In this document: piece by piece, positions 34,126 through 43,610 of the stretch | Numbering within the stretch: the first letter of the stretch is position 1 | Layout: the number at the start of each line of letters is the position of its first letter | From: Gammaproteobacteria bacterium | GTDB taxonomy: Bacteria; Pseudomonadota; Gammaproteobacteria; Steroidobacterales; Steroidobacteraceae | Length of the DNA stretch: 46,239 nt | Direction: 5' to 3' | NCBI GenBank assembly: GCA_041690875.1 | Contig: JBEPVS010000001.1 | Coordinates: forward strand, 1-46,239 | Notes under the pieces: generated by a model | Databases searched by the model: none | Seen by the model: only the letters and a program-made list of their open reading frames with translations | Told to the model about the DNA's origin: nothing | Program-made: the position numbers and the translations under genes

Positions 34126-35610
34126 ATGGGTAAAATCACTGGCTTTATCGAGTACCTGCGCGAGCTGCCCGTCGATCGCGCGCCGGCGACGCGAGTACGC
34201 GACTGGGACGAATTTCATCACCATATGGATGAACGGCACCTGCGCCAGCAGGGGGCGCGCTGCATGGACTGCGGTGTGCCGTTCTGCCAGACCGGCAAAC
34301 TGATCAGCGGCATGGCGGCCGGCTGCCCTGTGAACAACCTGATTCCGGAATGGAACGATCTCGTCTATCGCGGACTGTGGCGCGAGGCGCTCGACCGGTT
34401 GCATCTGACGAATAATTTTCCCGAATTCACCGGCCGCGTGTGTCCGGCGCCCTGCGAGGGATCGTGCGTGCTCGGCATGAACGCGGCGCCGGTCGCGATC
34501 AAGACGCTCGAGAACGCAATCATCGACAAAGGCTTCGATTCGGGCTGGGTGCTGCCGCACGCGCCGCCCGTTCGCAGCGGCAAGAAAGTGGCGGTCATCG
34601 GATCCGGGCCCGCCGGGCTCGCGGCCGCAGCGCAACTCAATAGCGCTGGCCATCTCGTCACGGTGCTCGAGCGCGCCGATCGTCCCGGCGGATTGTTGAT
34701 GTATGGCATCCCGAACATGAAGCTCGACAAGCGTGCTGTCGTGCTCCGGCGCATCGAGCTGCTCGAGCGCGAGGGCGTCAAGTTCATCTGCAACGCGCAT
34801 GTCGGGGAAAATGTCGAAGGGCCGTTGCTGGTGCGCGATTTCGATGCGCTGGTGCTGTGCACCGGCGCGACGCAGGCGCGCGACCTTGGCGTGGAGGGCC
34901 GCGCGCTCGAGGGCGTGCACCTGGCGATGGACTACCTGACTGCCAGCACGAAAGCGCTGCTCAATGGCGGAGCAGGGCACACGTCGATCAGTGCTCATGG
35001 CAGAGACGTGGTCGTAGTCGGCGGCGGCGACACCGGCACGGACTGCGTTGGCACTGCGATGCGGCAGGGGTGCCGCACTCTAACGCAACTGGAGATCATG
35101 CCGCGCCCGCCCGATGCGCGCGCCACCGATAACCCGTGGCCGGAATGGCCGAAGGTCTACAAGCTCGACTACGGCCAGGAGGAAGCCGCGGCGCGCTTCG
35201 GCGGCGATCCGCGCAGCTATTCGGTCACGGTGAAGAAGTTCGTCGCGGGCGCGGATGGCAAGCTCGCCTCGCTCGTCACGGTCGCCATTCGCTGGGAGAA
35301 AAATGCCGCCGGTCAGTTTACGCCGGTCGAGATGCTGGGGAGCGAACGCACGCTGCCGGCGCAACTCGTGCTGCTCGCGCTCGGATTCCTGGGGCCGGAG
35401 CAATCATTGCTGCGCGAGTTGAAGACCGACGTCGATGCGCGCAGCAACGTGCTGGCCGAGCACGGTCAGTTCGCGACCAGCATCAAGGGCGTGTTCGCCG
35501 CAGGCGATTGCCGCCGCGGGCAGAGCCTCGTCGTATGGGCAATCAATGAAGGACGCGGCGCCGCGCGCGAGTGCGACCGGTACCTGTGCGGACGCACCAG
35601 CCTGCCGTGA
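34126..35610 (+). CDS. gltD: Glutamate synthase small subunit
   Basis: Fe-S Cys cluster CMDCGVPFC...CPV, the dinucleotide fold [17 protein letters not shown] and a second GGGDTG. Lies directly downstream of gltB. Confidence 0.95.
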   Translation: MGKITGFIEYLRELPVDRAPATRVRDWDEFHHHMDERHLRQQGARCMDCGVPFCQTGKLISGMAAGCPVNNLIPEWNDLVYRGLWREALDRLHLTNNFPEFTGRVCPAPCEGSCVLGMNAAPVAIKTLENAIIDKGFDSGWVLPHAPPVRSGKKVAVIGSGPAGLAAAAQLNSAGHLVTVLERADRPGGLLMYGIPNMKLDKRAVVLRRIELLEREGVKFICNAHVGENVEGPLLVRDFDALVLCTGATQARDLGVEGRALEGVHLAMDYLTASTKALLNGGAGHTSISAHGRDVVVVGGGDTGTDCVGTAMRQGCRTLTQLEIMPRPPDARATDNPWPEWPKVYKLDYGQEEAAARFGGDPRSYSVTVKKFVAGADGKLASLVTVAIRWEKNAAGQFTPVEMLGSERTLPAQLVLLALGFLGPEQSLLRELKTDVDARSNVLAEHGQFATSIKGVFAAGDCRRGQSLVVWAINEGRGAARECDRYLCGRTSLP

Positions 35611-35613
35611 TTG

Positions 35614-36342
35614 CTATTTCGGAGTGACCAGCGCCAGGACGCGGGCGGCGAACTCTGGCACGCACACCAGCAAGTCCGGCATGTACGGATTGGGCTGGTT
35701 GTAGCGCAACGGACGGCCATCGAGGCGCGAGGCGTGCAGGCCAGCGGCCTGCGCCACGGCGACCGGAGCGCAGCTGTCCCATTCGTACTGACCGCCAGAG
35801 TGCACGTAGACTTCGGCCTCGCCGCGCACGACAGCCATGATCTTCGCGCCGGCCGAACCCATCGGCAGCAGTTCCGCGCCGAGTGCCTCCGCGACGGCGG
35901 TGGCCTCGGCCGCTGGGCGCGTGCGGCTGACGACGAGACGGGGCTTGCCGTTGTGGCGTGGCCGCGCAAGCGTGTCATCGCTTGCAAGTGTGAGCGGAAG
36001 CCCCGGCAGTGCCACTGCGCCGAGTGTCGCGACGCCATCGATGGTGAGTGCAATGTGCACGGCCCAATCGGCGCGCCCTTCGCCGTATTCGCGCGTACCA
36101 TCGAGCGGATCGATGATCCAGACCCGTGCAGCGCTGAGCCGCGCTGAGCTGTCCTTTTCTTCTTCCGATAGCAGCGCATCGTCCGGGCGGTGCGTGCGGA
36201 GCGATTCGATGATGAAGCGGTTGGAAAGCTCGTCGCCGACTTTGCCGAGCGGCTTGCCGGTGAGCAGCGCCGCTTGGCGCAGGCCCACGAGCAGGCGCCC
36301 GGCGTGCTCGGCGATCTGCCGCGCCAGTTCGGTGTCGTTCAC
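35614..36342 (-). CDS. cysQ: 3'(2'),5'-bisphosphate nucleotidase
   Basis: Inositol monophosphatase-family motifs LSEEE and [12 protein letters not shown]. The start overlaps the cysNC stop by 4 nt. Confidence 0.85.
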   Translation of the reverse strand: MNDTELARQIAEHAGRLLVGLRQAALLTGKPLGKVGDELSNRFIIESLRTHRPDDALLSEEEKDSSARLSAARVWIIDPLDGTREYGEGRADWAVHIALTIDGVATLGAVALPGLPLTLASDDTLARPRHNGKPRLVVSRTRPAAEATAVAEALGAELLPMGSAGAKIMAVVRGEAEVYVHSGGQYEWDSCAPVAVAQAAGLHASRLDGRPLRYNQPNPYMPDLLVCVPEFAARVLALVTPK

Positions 36343-38243
36343 GAAATCAACCGGCTGACGATCAGCTCGGCCGCCTGCTCCGGCGTGAGCTTTGATGTGT
36401 CGATGCGAATCTCAGGCGCGGTTGGCGGCTCATACTCACTGTCAATGCCGGTGAAATTCTTCAGCTGACCGGCGCGCGCTTTCTTGTAAAGCCCCTTTAC
36501 GTCGCGCGCTTCCGCGGCAGCCAGCGTTGTATCGATATGGATCTCGAAGAATTCGCCCGGCGCGATCATCTGTCGCACCATCGCGCGCTCCGCGCGGAAC
36601 GGGGAGATGAAGGCGGTGATGACGATGAGGCCCGCGTCCGTCATCAGCTTCGCCACTTCGCCGACGCGGCGGATGTTCTCGACGCGATCGGCGTCCGAGA
36701 ATCCGAGATCGCGGTTCAGTCCGTGACGCACGTTGTCGCCGTCGAGCAGGAAAGTGTGGCGGTTCATGCGCGCCAGCTGCTTCTCGACCAGGTTTGCGAT
36801 GGTTGACTTGCCGGCGCCTGACAGGCCGGTGAACCACAGCACCGCGGATTTCTGGTTCTTGAGCTTTGCGTGCAATTCGCGCGTGACGTCGAGCTGCTGC
36901 CAATGGATGTTGCCGGCGCGTCGCAGCGCGAAATGCAGCAGGCCGGCCGCAACCGTGGCATTGCTGAGCTTGTCGATCAGGATGAAACCGCCCAGGTCGC
37001 GGCTCTGTTCGTACGGTTCGAACACGAGCGGCTGGTCGGTCGAAATATTCGCCACACCGATCGCGTTGAGCTCGAGGGTGCGGGCGGCGAGATGCTCGAG
37101 CGTGTTGACGTTGACCTGGTACTTCGGCGCCTGCACCTGCGCCGTGACGGTCTGGGCGCCGAGCTTCAGCCAGTACGTGCGCCCGGGCAGCATTTCCTCA
37201 TCGGACATCCACACGACGGTCGCCTCGAACTGATCGGCGGATTCCGGCGGATCATCGGCCTGCGCAATGACGCAGCCGCGCGAGCAGTCGACTTCGCTCG
37301 AAAAACACAGCGTCACTGATTGTCCGGCGACGGCTTCGGCCGGTTCGCCATCCATCGTCACGATGCGGCTGATCGTCGTCGTCGTGCCGGCGGGCAGCAC
37401 GCGCACGGCATCGCCGGGTCGAACGTGTCCGGAAATGATCAACCCCGCGTATCCGCGGAAATCAAGGTTCGGCCGATTGACCCACTGCACCGGCATGCGG
37501 AATGGCTTCGCCTGGTCGGCATCGGTCGAGAGCGGTACTGCCTCGAGGTGCTCGATAAGCGCGGGTCCGCGGTACCACGGTGTGCGCTCGGAGCGGCTGG
37601 TGATGTTGTCGCCCTGCAATCCGGAAATCGGAATCGCAGTAAAATCACCGATGCCGATGCGTGCTGCGAACTCGCGGTAGTCGCTGACGATCGCATCGAA
37701 GCGCGCCTGGTCGAAACCCACGAGGTCGAGCTTGTTGACCGCCAGCACGATGTTGCGGATGCCGAGCAGCTGCACCAGGTAACTGTGTCGGCGCGTCTGC
37801 GTCAGCACGCCGAGCCGCGCATCGACGAGGATCACCGCGAGCTCGGCGGTCGAGGCGCCGGTGACCATGTTGCGCGTGTACTGCTCGTGTCCGGGTGTGT
37901 CGGCGACGATGAACTTGCGCTTCTCGGTGGCGAAGAAGCGATAGGCGACATCGATCGTGATGCCCTGTTCACGCTCGGCCGCGAGTCCGTCGACGAGCAA
38001 CGCGAAGTCGAGATTCTGGCCCTGCGTGCCGATGCGCGCGCTGTCCGCTTCGAGCGCCGCGAGCTGGTCCTCGAAGATCATCTTCGAGTCGTACAGCAAT
38101 CGTCCGATCAGCGTGGACTTGCCGTCATCGACGCTGCCGCAGGTGATGAAGCGCAGCAGCGACTTGTGCTGGTGCGCTTTCAGGTAGGCGTCGATGTCGG
38201 TGGCCGCGAGTTCTTGAGCCTGGTAGGAACCGGGTGGGCTCAA
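36339..38243 (-). CDS. cysNC: Bifunctional sulfate adenylyltransferase subunit 1 / adenylylsulfate kinase
   Basis: N-terminal GTPase G1 GSVDDGKST plus DTPGH and NKLD. C-terminal APS kinase P-loop [11 protein letters not shown]. Confidence 0.9.
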   Translation of the reverse strand: MSPPGSYQAQELAATDIDAYLKAHQHKSLLRFITCGSVDDGKSTLIGRLLYDSKMIFEDQLAALEADSARIGTQGQNLDFALLVDGLAAEREQGITIDVAYRFFATEKRKFIVADTPGHEQYTRNMVTGASTAELAVILVDARLGVLTQTRRHSYLVQLLGIRNIVLAVNKLDLVGFDQARFDAIVSDYREFAARIGIGDFTAIPISGLQGDNITSRSERTPWYRGPALIEHLEAVPLSTDADQAKPFRMPVQWVNRPNLDFRGYAGLIISGHVRPGDAVRVLPAGTTTTISRIVTMDGEPAEAVAGQSVTLCFSSEVDCSRGCVIAQADDPPESADQFEATVVWMSDEEMLPGRTYWLKLGAQTVTAQVQAPKYQVNVNTLEHLAARTLELNAIGVANISTDQPLVFEPYEQSRDLGGFILIDKLSNATVAAGLLHFALRRAGNIHWQQLDVTRELHAKLKNQKSAVLWFTGLSGAGKSTIANLVEKQLARMNRHTFLLDGDNVRHGLNRDLGFSDADRVENIRRVGEVAKLMTDAGLIVITAFISPFRAERAMVRQMIAPGEFFEIHIDTTLAAAEARDVKGLYKKARAGQLKNFTGIDSEYEPPTAPEIRIDTSKLTPEQAAELIVSRLIS

Positions 38244-39136
38244 AAGTAGCCCTCCTGCTTCTTCTTCTCCATGCTCGCGGGCTGGTCACGATCGATCGCG
38301 CGTCCCTGCCGCTCGGAAGTCGTCGTCAGCAGCATCTCGCGGATGATTTCCGGAATCGTCGCCGCCGTGCTTTCGACCGCGCCGGTCAACGGATAGCAGC
38401 CCAGCGTGCGGAACCGGATGGAGCGCATCTCCGGCTTTTCGCCCTTGGCCAGTGGAAAGCGCTCATCATCGACCATCATCAGCAGGCCGTCGCGCTTCAC
38501 CGTCGGGCGCGGCGCGGCCATGTACAGCGGCACGATCGGGATCTTCTCGAGATGGATGTACTGCCACACATCCAGCTCGGTCCAGTTCGACAGCGGGAAC
38601 ACGCGGATGCTCTCGCCGCGCGCCTTGCGGGCGTTATAGATGCGCCACAATTCGGGACGTTGCCGTTTCGGATCCCAGCGATGATTCGCGGCCCGAAAAC
38701 TGAAGATACGTTCCTTGGCGCGGCTCGCTTCCTCGTCGCGCCGTGCACCGCCGAAGGCCGCGTCGAAGCCGTGCAGGTCGAGCGCCTGCTTCAATCCTTC
38801 GGTTTTCCACAGGTCCGTGTGCAGCGAGCCATGGTCGAAAGGATTGATGCCGCGTTGCTTCGCATCCGGGTTTTGGTACACGATGAGCTGGATGCCCGGT
38901 GTCGCCGCGACCTGATCGCGCAACGCGTACATGTCGCGGAATTTCCATGTCGTGTCGACATGCAGCAGCGGGAACGGGAGCGGCGCGGGATGGAAGGCCT
39001 TGCGCGCGAGCTGCAGCATCACCGCCGAATCCTTGCCGATCGAATACAGCAGCACCGGCTTGATGGTTTCGGCGACGACCTCGCGAAAGATGTGGATGCT
39101 TTCGGCTTCGAGTCTTTGCAGGTGCGTCAGTGGCAT
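38240..39136 (-). CDS. cysD: Sulfate adenylyltransferase subunit 2
   Basis: ATG 39136 shares 1 nt with the cysH stop (TAATG). [17 protein letters not shown] and PP-loop [13 protein letters not shown]. Confidence 0.92.
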   Translation of the reverse strand: MPLTHLQRLEAESIHIFREVVAETIKPVLLYSIGKDSAVMLQLARKAFHPAPLPFPLLHVDTTWKFRDMYALRDQVAATPGIQLIVYQNPDAKQRGINPFDHGSLHTDLWKTEGLKQALDLHGFDAAFGGARRDEEASRAKERIFSFRAANHRWDPKRQRPELWRIYNARKARGESIRVFPLSNWTELDVWQYIHLEKIPIVPLYMAAPRPTVKRDGLLMMVDDERFPLAKGEKPEMRSIRFRTLGCYPLTGAVESTAATIPEIIREMLLTTTSERQGRAIDRDQPASMEKKKQEGYF

Positions 39137-39900
39137 TATAAATCGCTGATGGAACCCGGCAGTTGTCGTGGTTGCAGACCGCACTCGCGCGACGCCGGGT
39201 CTTCCCACCACCAGCGGCCGGCCCGGCTATCCTGCCCGGGTTGGACCGCCCGCGTGCACGGCGCGCAGCCGATGCTGGGGTAACCGGCATCGTGCAGCGG
39301 ATTGTAGGGCAATTTTTCCTGCCGGATGTAGTTCCAGATTTCCCCGTGGCTCCAGTCGAGCAGCGGATTGACTTTTTGCAGCCGATAACGCACATCCCAC
39401 TCCAGCGCCCGCGCCTCGGAGCGCTCAGCAGATTGCTCGTGCCGCACTCCGCTGATCCAGGCGTTGTAGCCGAAGATCGCGCGCTGGAAAGGCTCGACCT
39501 TGCGGATCTGGCAGCAGGACTGGCGCTGCGCCAGGCCGTTGTAGAAACCGTTGATGCCATGATCGGCAACGTAGTTCTGTACGCGCTGCGCCTCGGGAAA
39601 CACGACGCGGATCTTGCGCTGGTAGCGGTATTCGACGCGCTCGAGCAGCTCAAGAGTGGACTCGGGCAATCGCCCCGTATCGACGGTAAAGATATCGATC
39701 TGCGGTGCGTGCCTGAAAATCAGGTCCGTCAGCACCGACGATTCGGCGCCGAGGCTGGTGGCGTAGACAACGCGGCCGAACTGGCGAACCGCGGCGCGCA
39801 ATTGCCCAATGGAATCAGCCACCCTGACGGGTAGTTCGGGCGCTAACGCAGGCGCGACGACGAGGTCAGGAGCAGCGGTACGTGCGGTGACAATGCGCAT
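39136..39900 (-). CDS. cysH: Phosphoadenosine/adenosine 5'-phosphosulfate reductase (APS-reductase-type Cys pattern)
   Basis: [11 protein letters not shown] pair [19 protein letters not shown] and a C-terminal RECGLQ. The CC...CxxC set is the Fe-S signature of assimilatory APS reductases. Confidence 0.88.
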   Translation of the reverse strand: MRIVTARTAAPDLVVAPALAPELPVRVADSIGQLRAAVRQFGRVVYATSLGAESSVLTDLIFRHAPQIDIFTVDTGRLPESTLELLERVEYRYQRKIRVVFPEAQRVQNYVADHGINGFYNGLAQRQSCCQIRKVEPFQRAIFGYNAWISGVRHEQSAERSEARALEWDVRYRLQKVNPLLDWSHGEIWNYIRQEKLPYNPLHDAGYPSIGCAPCTRAVQPGQDSRAGRWWWEDPASRECGLQPRQLPGSISDL

Positions 39901-39923
39901 ACCTGCATTGTGATCCGCCTATC

Positions 39924-39941
39924 CATAACATTGTAGTTATG
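39924..39941 (-). promoter_or_regulatory. Palindrome CATAAC-N6-GTTATG whose spacer is a -10-like TACAAT (minus strand) upstream of cysH
   Basis: Read directly, 24-41 nt upstream of the cysH ATG. No good -35 is present, which is consistent with an activator-dependent promoter. Confidence 0.35.
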
Positions 39942-39957
39942 AGTATGGCACGCGGGA

Positions 39958-40359
39958 TCAGTCCTGATGCTCCATCGCCAGACCCGCGATGTGCTGGGTC
40001 CATGGATGGCGCCGCGTTTCGTAGACGGAATGAGCCGGCGGTGGATAGGTCGGGTCGGCGAATGCACCCAGCGCGATGCTGATCATGCCGGGGTAGCCAT
40101 GCGGCTCCCAGTACACGGTCGATCCGCAACCAGGACAAAAATGAAAGCTCACCGTGTTGCCGCTGTCAGCGACGCGCGTGTACGTGGAGCTTAAGCCTTC
40201 CACCTGCACCTGCTCGCGCTTGAAGCGCGATTGCGCGCCAAACGGCGCACCGGTGCGCCGCTGGCAGTCGAGGCAATGGCACATCGAAATGCGGTGAGGG
40301 GAGCCGCTGCAGATCGCACGCAATTGGCCACAACTGCAGGCGGCGGTACGAATGTCCAT
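39958..40359 (-). CDS. GFA family protein (second copy)
   Basis: 133 aa from ATG 40359. Cys motifs CSCGQLR, CHCLDCQRRTG and FCPGCGS. The remaining 5' part of the 365-aa ORF-track frame is antisense to the MaoC/CitE genes. Confidence 0.8.
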   Translation of the reverse strand: MDIRTAACSCGQLRAICSGSPHRISMCHCLDCQRRTGAPFGAQSRFKREQVQVEGLSSTYTRVADSGNTVSFHFCPGCGSTVYWEPHGYPGMISIALGAFADPTYPPPAHSVYETRRHPWTQHIAGLAMEHQD

Positions 40360-40435
40360 TGCCGCATCATAGCCGCGCGGCTGCGCTTCGGGGCGTGTAG
40401 TAACATGCCGCCGATCGCGACAGGAGCGTGAAGTC

Positions 40436-40894
40436 GTGCCCGGATTGTATTTCGAGGAATTTCGCGTCGGACAGCTGTTCAGCCACGCAATGCGGCGCAC
40501 GGTGACCGAAACCGACAACCTGTTGATCTCGACGCTGACGCACAATCCGGCCGCGCTGCATCTCGACGCCGAGTACTGCCGCACCCAATCTGAATTCGGG
40601 CAGCGCGTCGTCAACAGCGTGTTCACGCTCGGGCTCATGGTCGGCGTTTCCGTCGGTGACACAACGCTCGGCACGACGGTGGCGAACCTCGGATGGGATG
40701 AAGTGCGCTTTCCGAAGCCGTTGTTCCACGGCGATACCGTGCGCTGCGAAACCGAAGTACTCGAACTGCGCGACAGCCGCTCGCGCCCGGGCAACGGCAT
40801 CGTCATCTTCGCGCATCGCGCCTTCAACCAGCACGACGTGCTGGTCGCGAGCTGCAAGCGCTCGGCGCTGATGCTGCGGAAACCGCAGGCGTGA
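40436..40894 (+). CDS. MaoC family (R)-specific enoyl-CoA / itaconyl- or mesaconyl-CoA hydratase-like dehydratase
   Basis: 152-aa hot-dog fold protein. FEEFRVGQ...TVTETDN..F..LT.D.NP.H and GDT motifs typical of the MaoC dehydratase family. Confidence 0.8.
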   Translation: MPGLYFEEFRVGQLFSHAMRRTVTETDNLLISTLTHNPAALHLDAEYCRTQSEFGQRVVNSVFTLGLMVGVSVGDTTLGTTVANLGWDEVRFPKPLFHGDTVRCETEVLELRDSRSRPGNGIVIFAHRAFNQHDVLVASCKRSALMLRKPQA

Positions 40895-41796
40895 GCGCGC
40901 GATCCTGGCTGTTCGTTCCGGGTGACAGCGATCGGAAACTGGCCAGGATCGCGCAATGCGGTGCGGATGTCGTCATCCTCGATCTCGAGGATTCCGTCGC
41001 GCCCGCGCAGAAAGCGGCCGCGCGCGGCCGCGTGCACGAGTTCCTGCGTGCGCAAGCGGCGCTTGCCGCGCAGTCACCGGCCTCAGTGCCCGCGCCGCAG
41101 TTGTGGGTGCGCATCAATCCGCTGAATTCCGCGCTCGCTGAACATGATCTCAACGCTGTCGCGCCGGCCGCGCCGGCCGGTATCGTCCAGCCCAAGACGC
41201 GCTCACCAGCCGACGCCGTCGCGTTGACGTATCGGCTCGATGAACTCGAGCACGGCCACGGCTTGCGCCCGGGCTCGATCCGCATCCTGCCGATCGCGAC
41301 GGAAACGCCGGCCGCGCTGTTTGCAATGGGTGGCTTCGCGCAAGTGGGTGCGCGGCTCGCGGGATTGACGTGGGGCGCTGAAGATTTGAGCACGGTGATC
41401 GGCGCGACGGCGACGCGCGAGGCCGATGGCGCGTGGACTGCGCCGTTCGAATTCGTGCGCTCGCTTTGCCTGTTTGGAGCCGGCGCGGCCGGTGTGCCCG
41501 CAATAGATACCTTACACGCGGATTTTCGCGATCGCGATGGCCTGCGGACAAGTTGTGAACGCGCGCGACGCGATGGATTCACCGGCAAGCTCGCGATCCA
41601 TCCCGACCAGGTGCCGGTGATCAATGAGTACATCGCGCCTTCCGCGGATGAACTGGCGCAGGCGCAGCGCATCGTCGAGTTGTTTGCGGCGAATCCGGGA
41701 TCGGCGGCGCTGTCGCTCGATGGCCGCATGGTGGACATCCCGCATCTGCGGCTGGCGGAGAAAACGCTGGCGCGTGCGGCGGCGCCGAACCGTTGA
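40891..41796 (+). CDS. HpcH/HpaI aldolase / citrate lyase beta subunit-like (CitE family) acyl-CoA lyase
   Basis: GTG 40891 overlaps the MaoC stop (GTGA). SWLFVPGD, DVVILDLEDSV, KLAIHPDQV. Confidence 0.85.
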   Translation: MSARSWLFVPGDSDRKLARIAQCGADVVILDLEDSVAPAQKAAARGRVHEFLRAQAALAAQSPASVPAPQLWVRINPLNSALAEHDLNAVAPAAPAGIVQPKTRSPADAVALTYRLDELEHGHGLRPGSIRILPIATETPAALFAMGGFAQVGARLAGLTWGAEDLSTVIGATATREADGAWTAPFEFVRSLCLFGAGAAGVPAIDTLHADFRDRDGLRTSCERARRDGFTGKLAIHPDQVPVINEYIAPSADELAQAQRIVELFAANPGSAALSLDGRMVDIPHLRLAEKTLARAAAPNR

Positions 41797-41802
41797 CGCG
41801 GC

Positions 41803-42825
41803 ATGCCGGACGTCAATCGCCGCATCGTGCTCGATCATCGTCCCGAGGCCACGCCGGGCCCGGAGCATTTCCGGCGCGATGACCAACCCGCGCCGGAACT
41901 GGCCGACGGGCAGGTCCTGGTGCGCAATCAATACCTTTCGATCGATCCGGCGCAACGCGGCTGGATCGGCGGTGCCGGTTACGCCGAGCCGGTCGCAATC
42001 GGCGCTGTCATGCGATCGCTCGCGGTCGGCAGGGTCGTCGCGACGCGCAACGCGAAGTTCGCCGAGGGGCAGTATCTCTACGGCTGGTTCGGCTGGCAGG
42101 ATTTCTGCGCGGTCACCGAAACGCAGGTGATCGCGCGCGTGCAGCCCGAGCGGGCCGGCGTGAGCACCGGCGCCGGCCTGTTCGGCATCTGCGGCGTGAC
42201 CGCCTACCTTGCGCTCACCGAGCTGGGCCGGCCGCGCGCCGGCGAAACCGTGCTGGTGTCGACCGCGGCCGGAGCGGTGGGATGCCTGGTCGGACAGATC
42301 GCGCGGCGACTGGGCTGCCGCGTCGCGGGCCTCACCGGGAGCGATGACAAGGTGCGGCAGTGCCTCGCGGAGTTCGGTTACCGGGCAGCGCTGAATTACC
42401 GCACCGCGCTCAACGCGGAAAACCTGAGCGCGTTGTGCCCGCAGGGCGTCGATGTTTTTTTCGACAACACCGCCGGCGCCGTCGCGGACGCGGTGTGGCC
42501 GTTGATGAATATTCGCGGCCGCGTCGTGCAATGCGGCACCGCCGCCGTCAGCTCGTGGGATCCCTGGCCCACAGGTCCGCGCCGCGAGCGCAGTGTGCTG
42601 AGCAAGCGAGTGCGCTACGAAGGATTTCTCGTCTTCGATCACCTGCTGCGCTTTCCGGAAGTGATCGCGCAGCTCGCACGCTGGCACGCGGAAGGCACGT
42701 TGGTGTTCCACGAGGACATCGAGGACGGACTGGCGCGCGCGCCCGGCGCTCTGGCGTCGATCTATCGCGGCGAGAATCGTGGCAAGAAGATGGTGCGCGT
42801 GGCCGATGGAGAGCGGGCGCTCTGA
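41803..42825 (+). CDS. NADP-dependent oxidoreductase, medium-chain reductase family (YncB/CurA/PTGR-like)
   Basis: GQVLVRNQYLSIDP, nucleotide fold STAAGAVGCLVGQIA and a C-terminal GENRGKKMV typical of the zinc-independent MDR alkenal/one reductases. Confidence 0.85.
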   Translation: MPDVNRRIVLDHRPEATPGPEHFRRDDQPAPELADGQVLVRNQYLSIDPAQRGWIGGAGYAEPVAIGAVMRSLAVGRVVATRNAKFAEGQYLYGWFGWQDFCAVTETQVIARVQPERAGVSTGAGLFGICGVTAYLALTELGRPRAGETVLVSTAAGAVGCLVGQIARRLGCRVAGLTGSDDKVRQCLAEFGYRAALNYRTALNAENLSALCPQGVDVFFDNTAGAVADAVWPLMNIRGRVVQCGTAAVSSWDPWPTGPRRERSVLSKRVRYEGFLVFDHLLRFPEVIAQLARWHAEGTLVFHEDIEDGLARAPGALASIYRGENRGKKMVRVADGERAL

Positions 42826-42830
42826 GCAGC

Positions 42831-43598
42831 ATGAACCCGCCCGCGAAACTTGCCGCCTGCATCATCACGCGCAACGAAGCAGCGCGCATCGGCGCATGCA
42901 TCGAGGCGCTGCGTTTTTGCGACGAAATCATCGTTGTCGACTCGCACTCGACCGACGATACGCGCGAGATCGCTGCGCGCCTCGGCGCACGCGTCATCGA
43001 ACGCGACTGGCCGGGCTATCGCTCGCAGAAGCAGTTCGCGACCGGTGCGGCCTCGTGCGACTGGGTTTTGTCGATCGACGCAGATGAACGCGTGACGGCG
43101 GCGCTGTACGCCGAGATTGAAGCGCTGCGCGCTGGCGGCTTTACCGGTCCGCGGGGCTACAGCATTCCGCGGCTGACGGAATATTTCGGCCAGTTCCTCC
43201 GCCACGGCAATGCGTGGCCCGACCGCCAGATTCGCCTCTATGATCGGCGCGCGGCGCGGTGGTCCGGTTACGAAGTGCATGAAAAGATCGTTGTCGACGG
43301 CCCGGTACACGCGTTGGCCGCGCCGCTCGAGCACTACGCCTACCGTGACCTGGATGACCACCTGGCGCGACTCGATCGCTACGCGAGCCTGATGGCCGCG
43401 CAGATGTATGCGGCCGGGCGCCGCGGTGGCCTGGTGCCAGTGCTGTTCAATCCTGCATGGCGAATGTTCCGCGGACTGTTCATCAAGCTCGGCGTACTCG
43501 ATGGTTGGCGCGGCTGGTTGTTCCATATCGCCGAGGCAGGTTACGTTCGGCGAAAATATTTGCGGTTGTGGGCGTTGTCGCGCGGCGCCGGAAGCTGA
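42831..43598 (+). CDS. Glycosyltransferase family 2 (LPS-core WaaE/KdtX-like)
   Basis: ATG 42831. ACIITRNEA, VVDSHSTDDT, the DxD motif SIDADE and a C-terminal amphipathic tail. Confidence 0.85.
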   Translation: MNPPAKLAACIITRNEAARIGACIEALRFCDEIIVVDSHSTDDTREIAARLGARVIERDWPGYRSQKQFATGAASCDWVLSIDADERVTAALYAEIEALRAGGFTGPRGYSIPRLTEYFGQFLRHGNAWPDRQIRLYDRRAARWSGYEVHEKIVVDGPVHALAAPLEHYAYRDLDDHLARLDRYASLMAAQMYAAGRRGGLVPVLFNPAWRMFRGLFIKLGVLDGWRGWLFHIAEAGYVRRKYLRLWALSRGAGS

Positions 43599-43610
43599 AA
43601 CGGAGACCAC

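Noticed and set aside
30366-34139. 536-aa and 432-aa minus-strand ORFs (30366-31976 and 32841-34139)
   Set aside because: Both are antisense shadows of gltB, whose identity is unambiguous. Neither has recognisable motifs, and both have an Arg/His/Asp-rich composition.
40360-41055. 5' two-thirds of the 365-aa minus-strand ORF 39958..41055
   Set aside because: Only the last 133 codons (from ATG 40359) form a GFA-family protein. The upstream part is antisense to the MaoC/CitE genes and has shadow-ORF composition.
41512-42711. 399-aa minus-strand ORF
   Set aside because: Antisense to the CitE-like and MDR reductase genes, both of which have clear family motifs on the plus strand.
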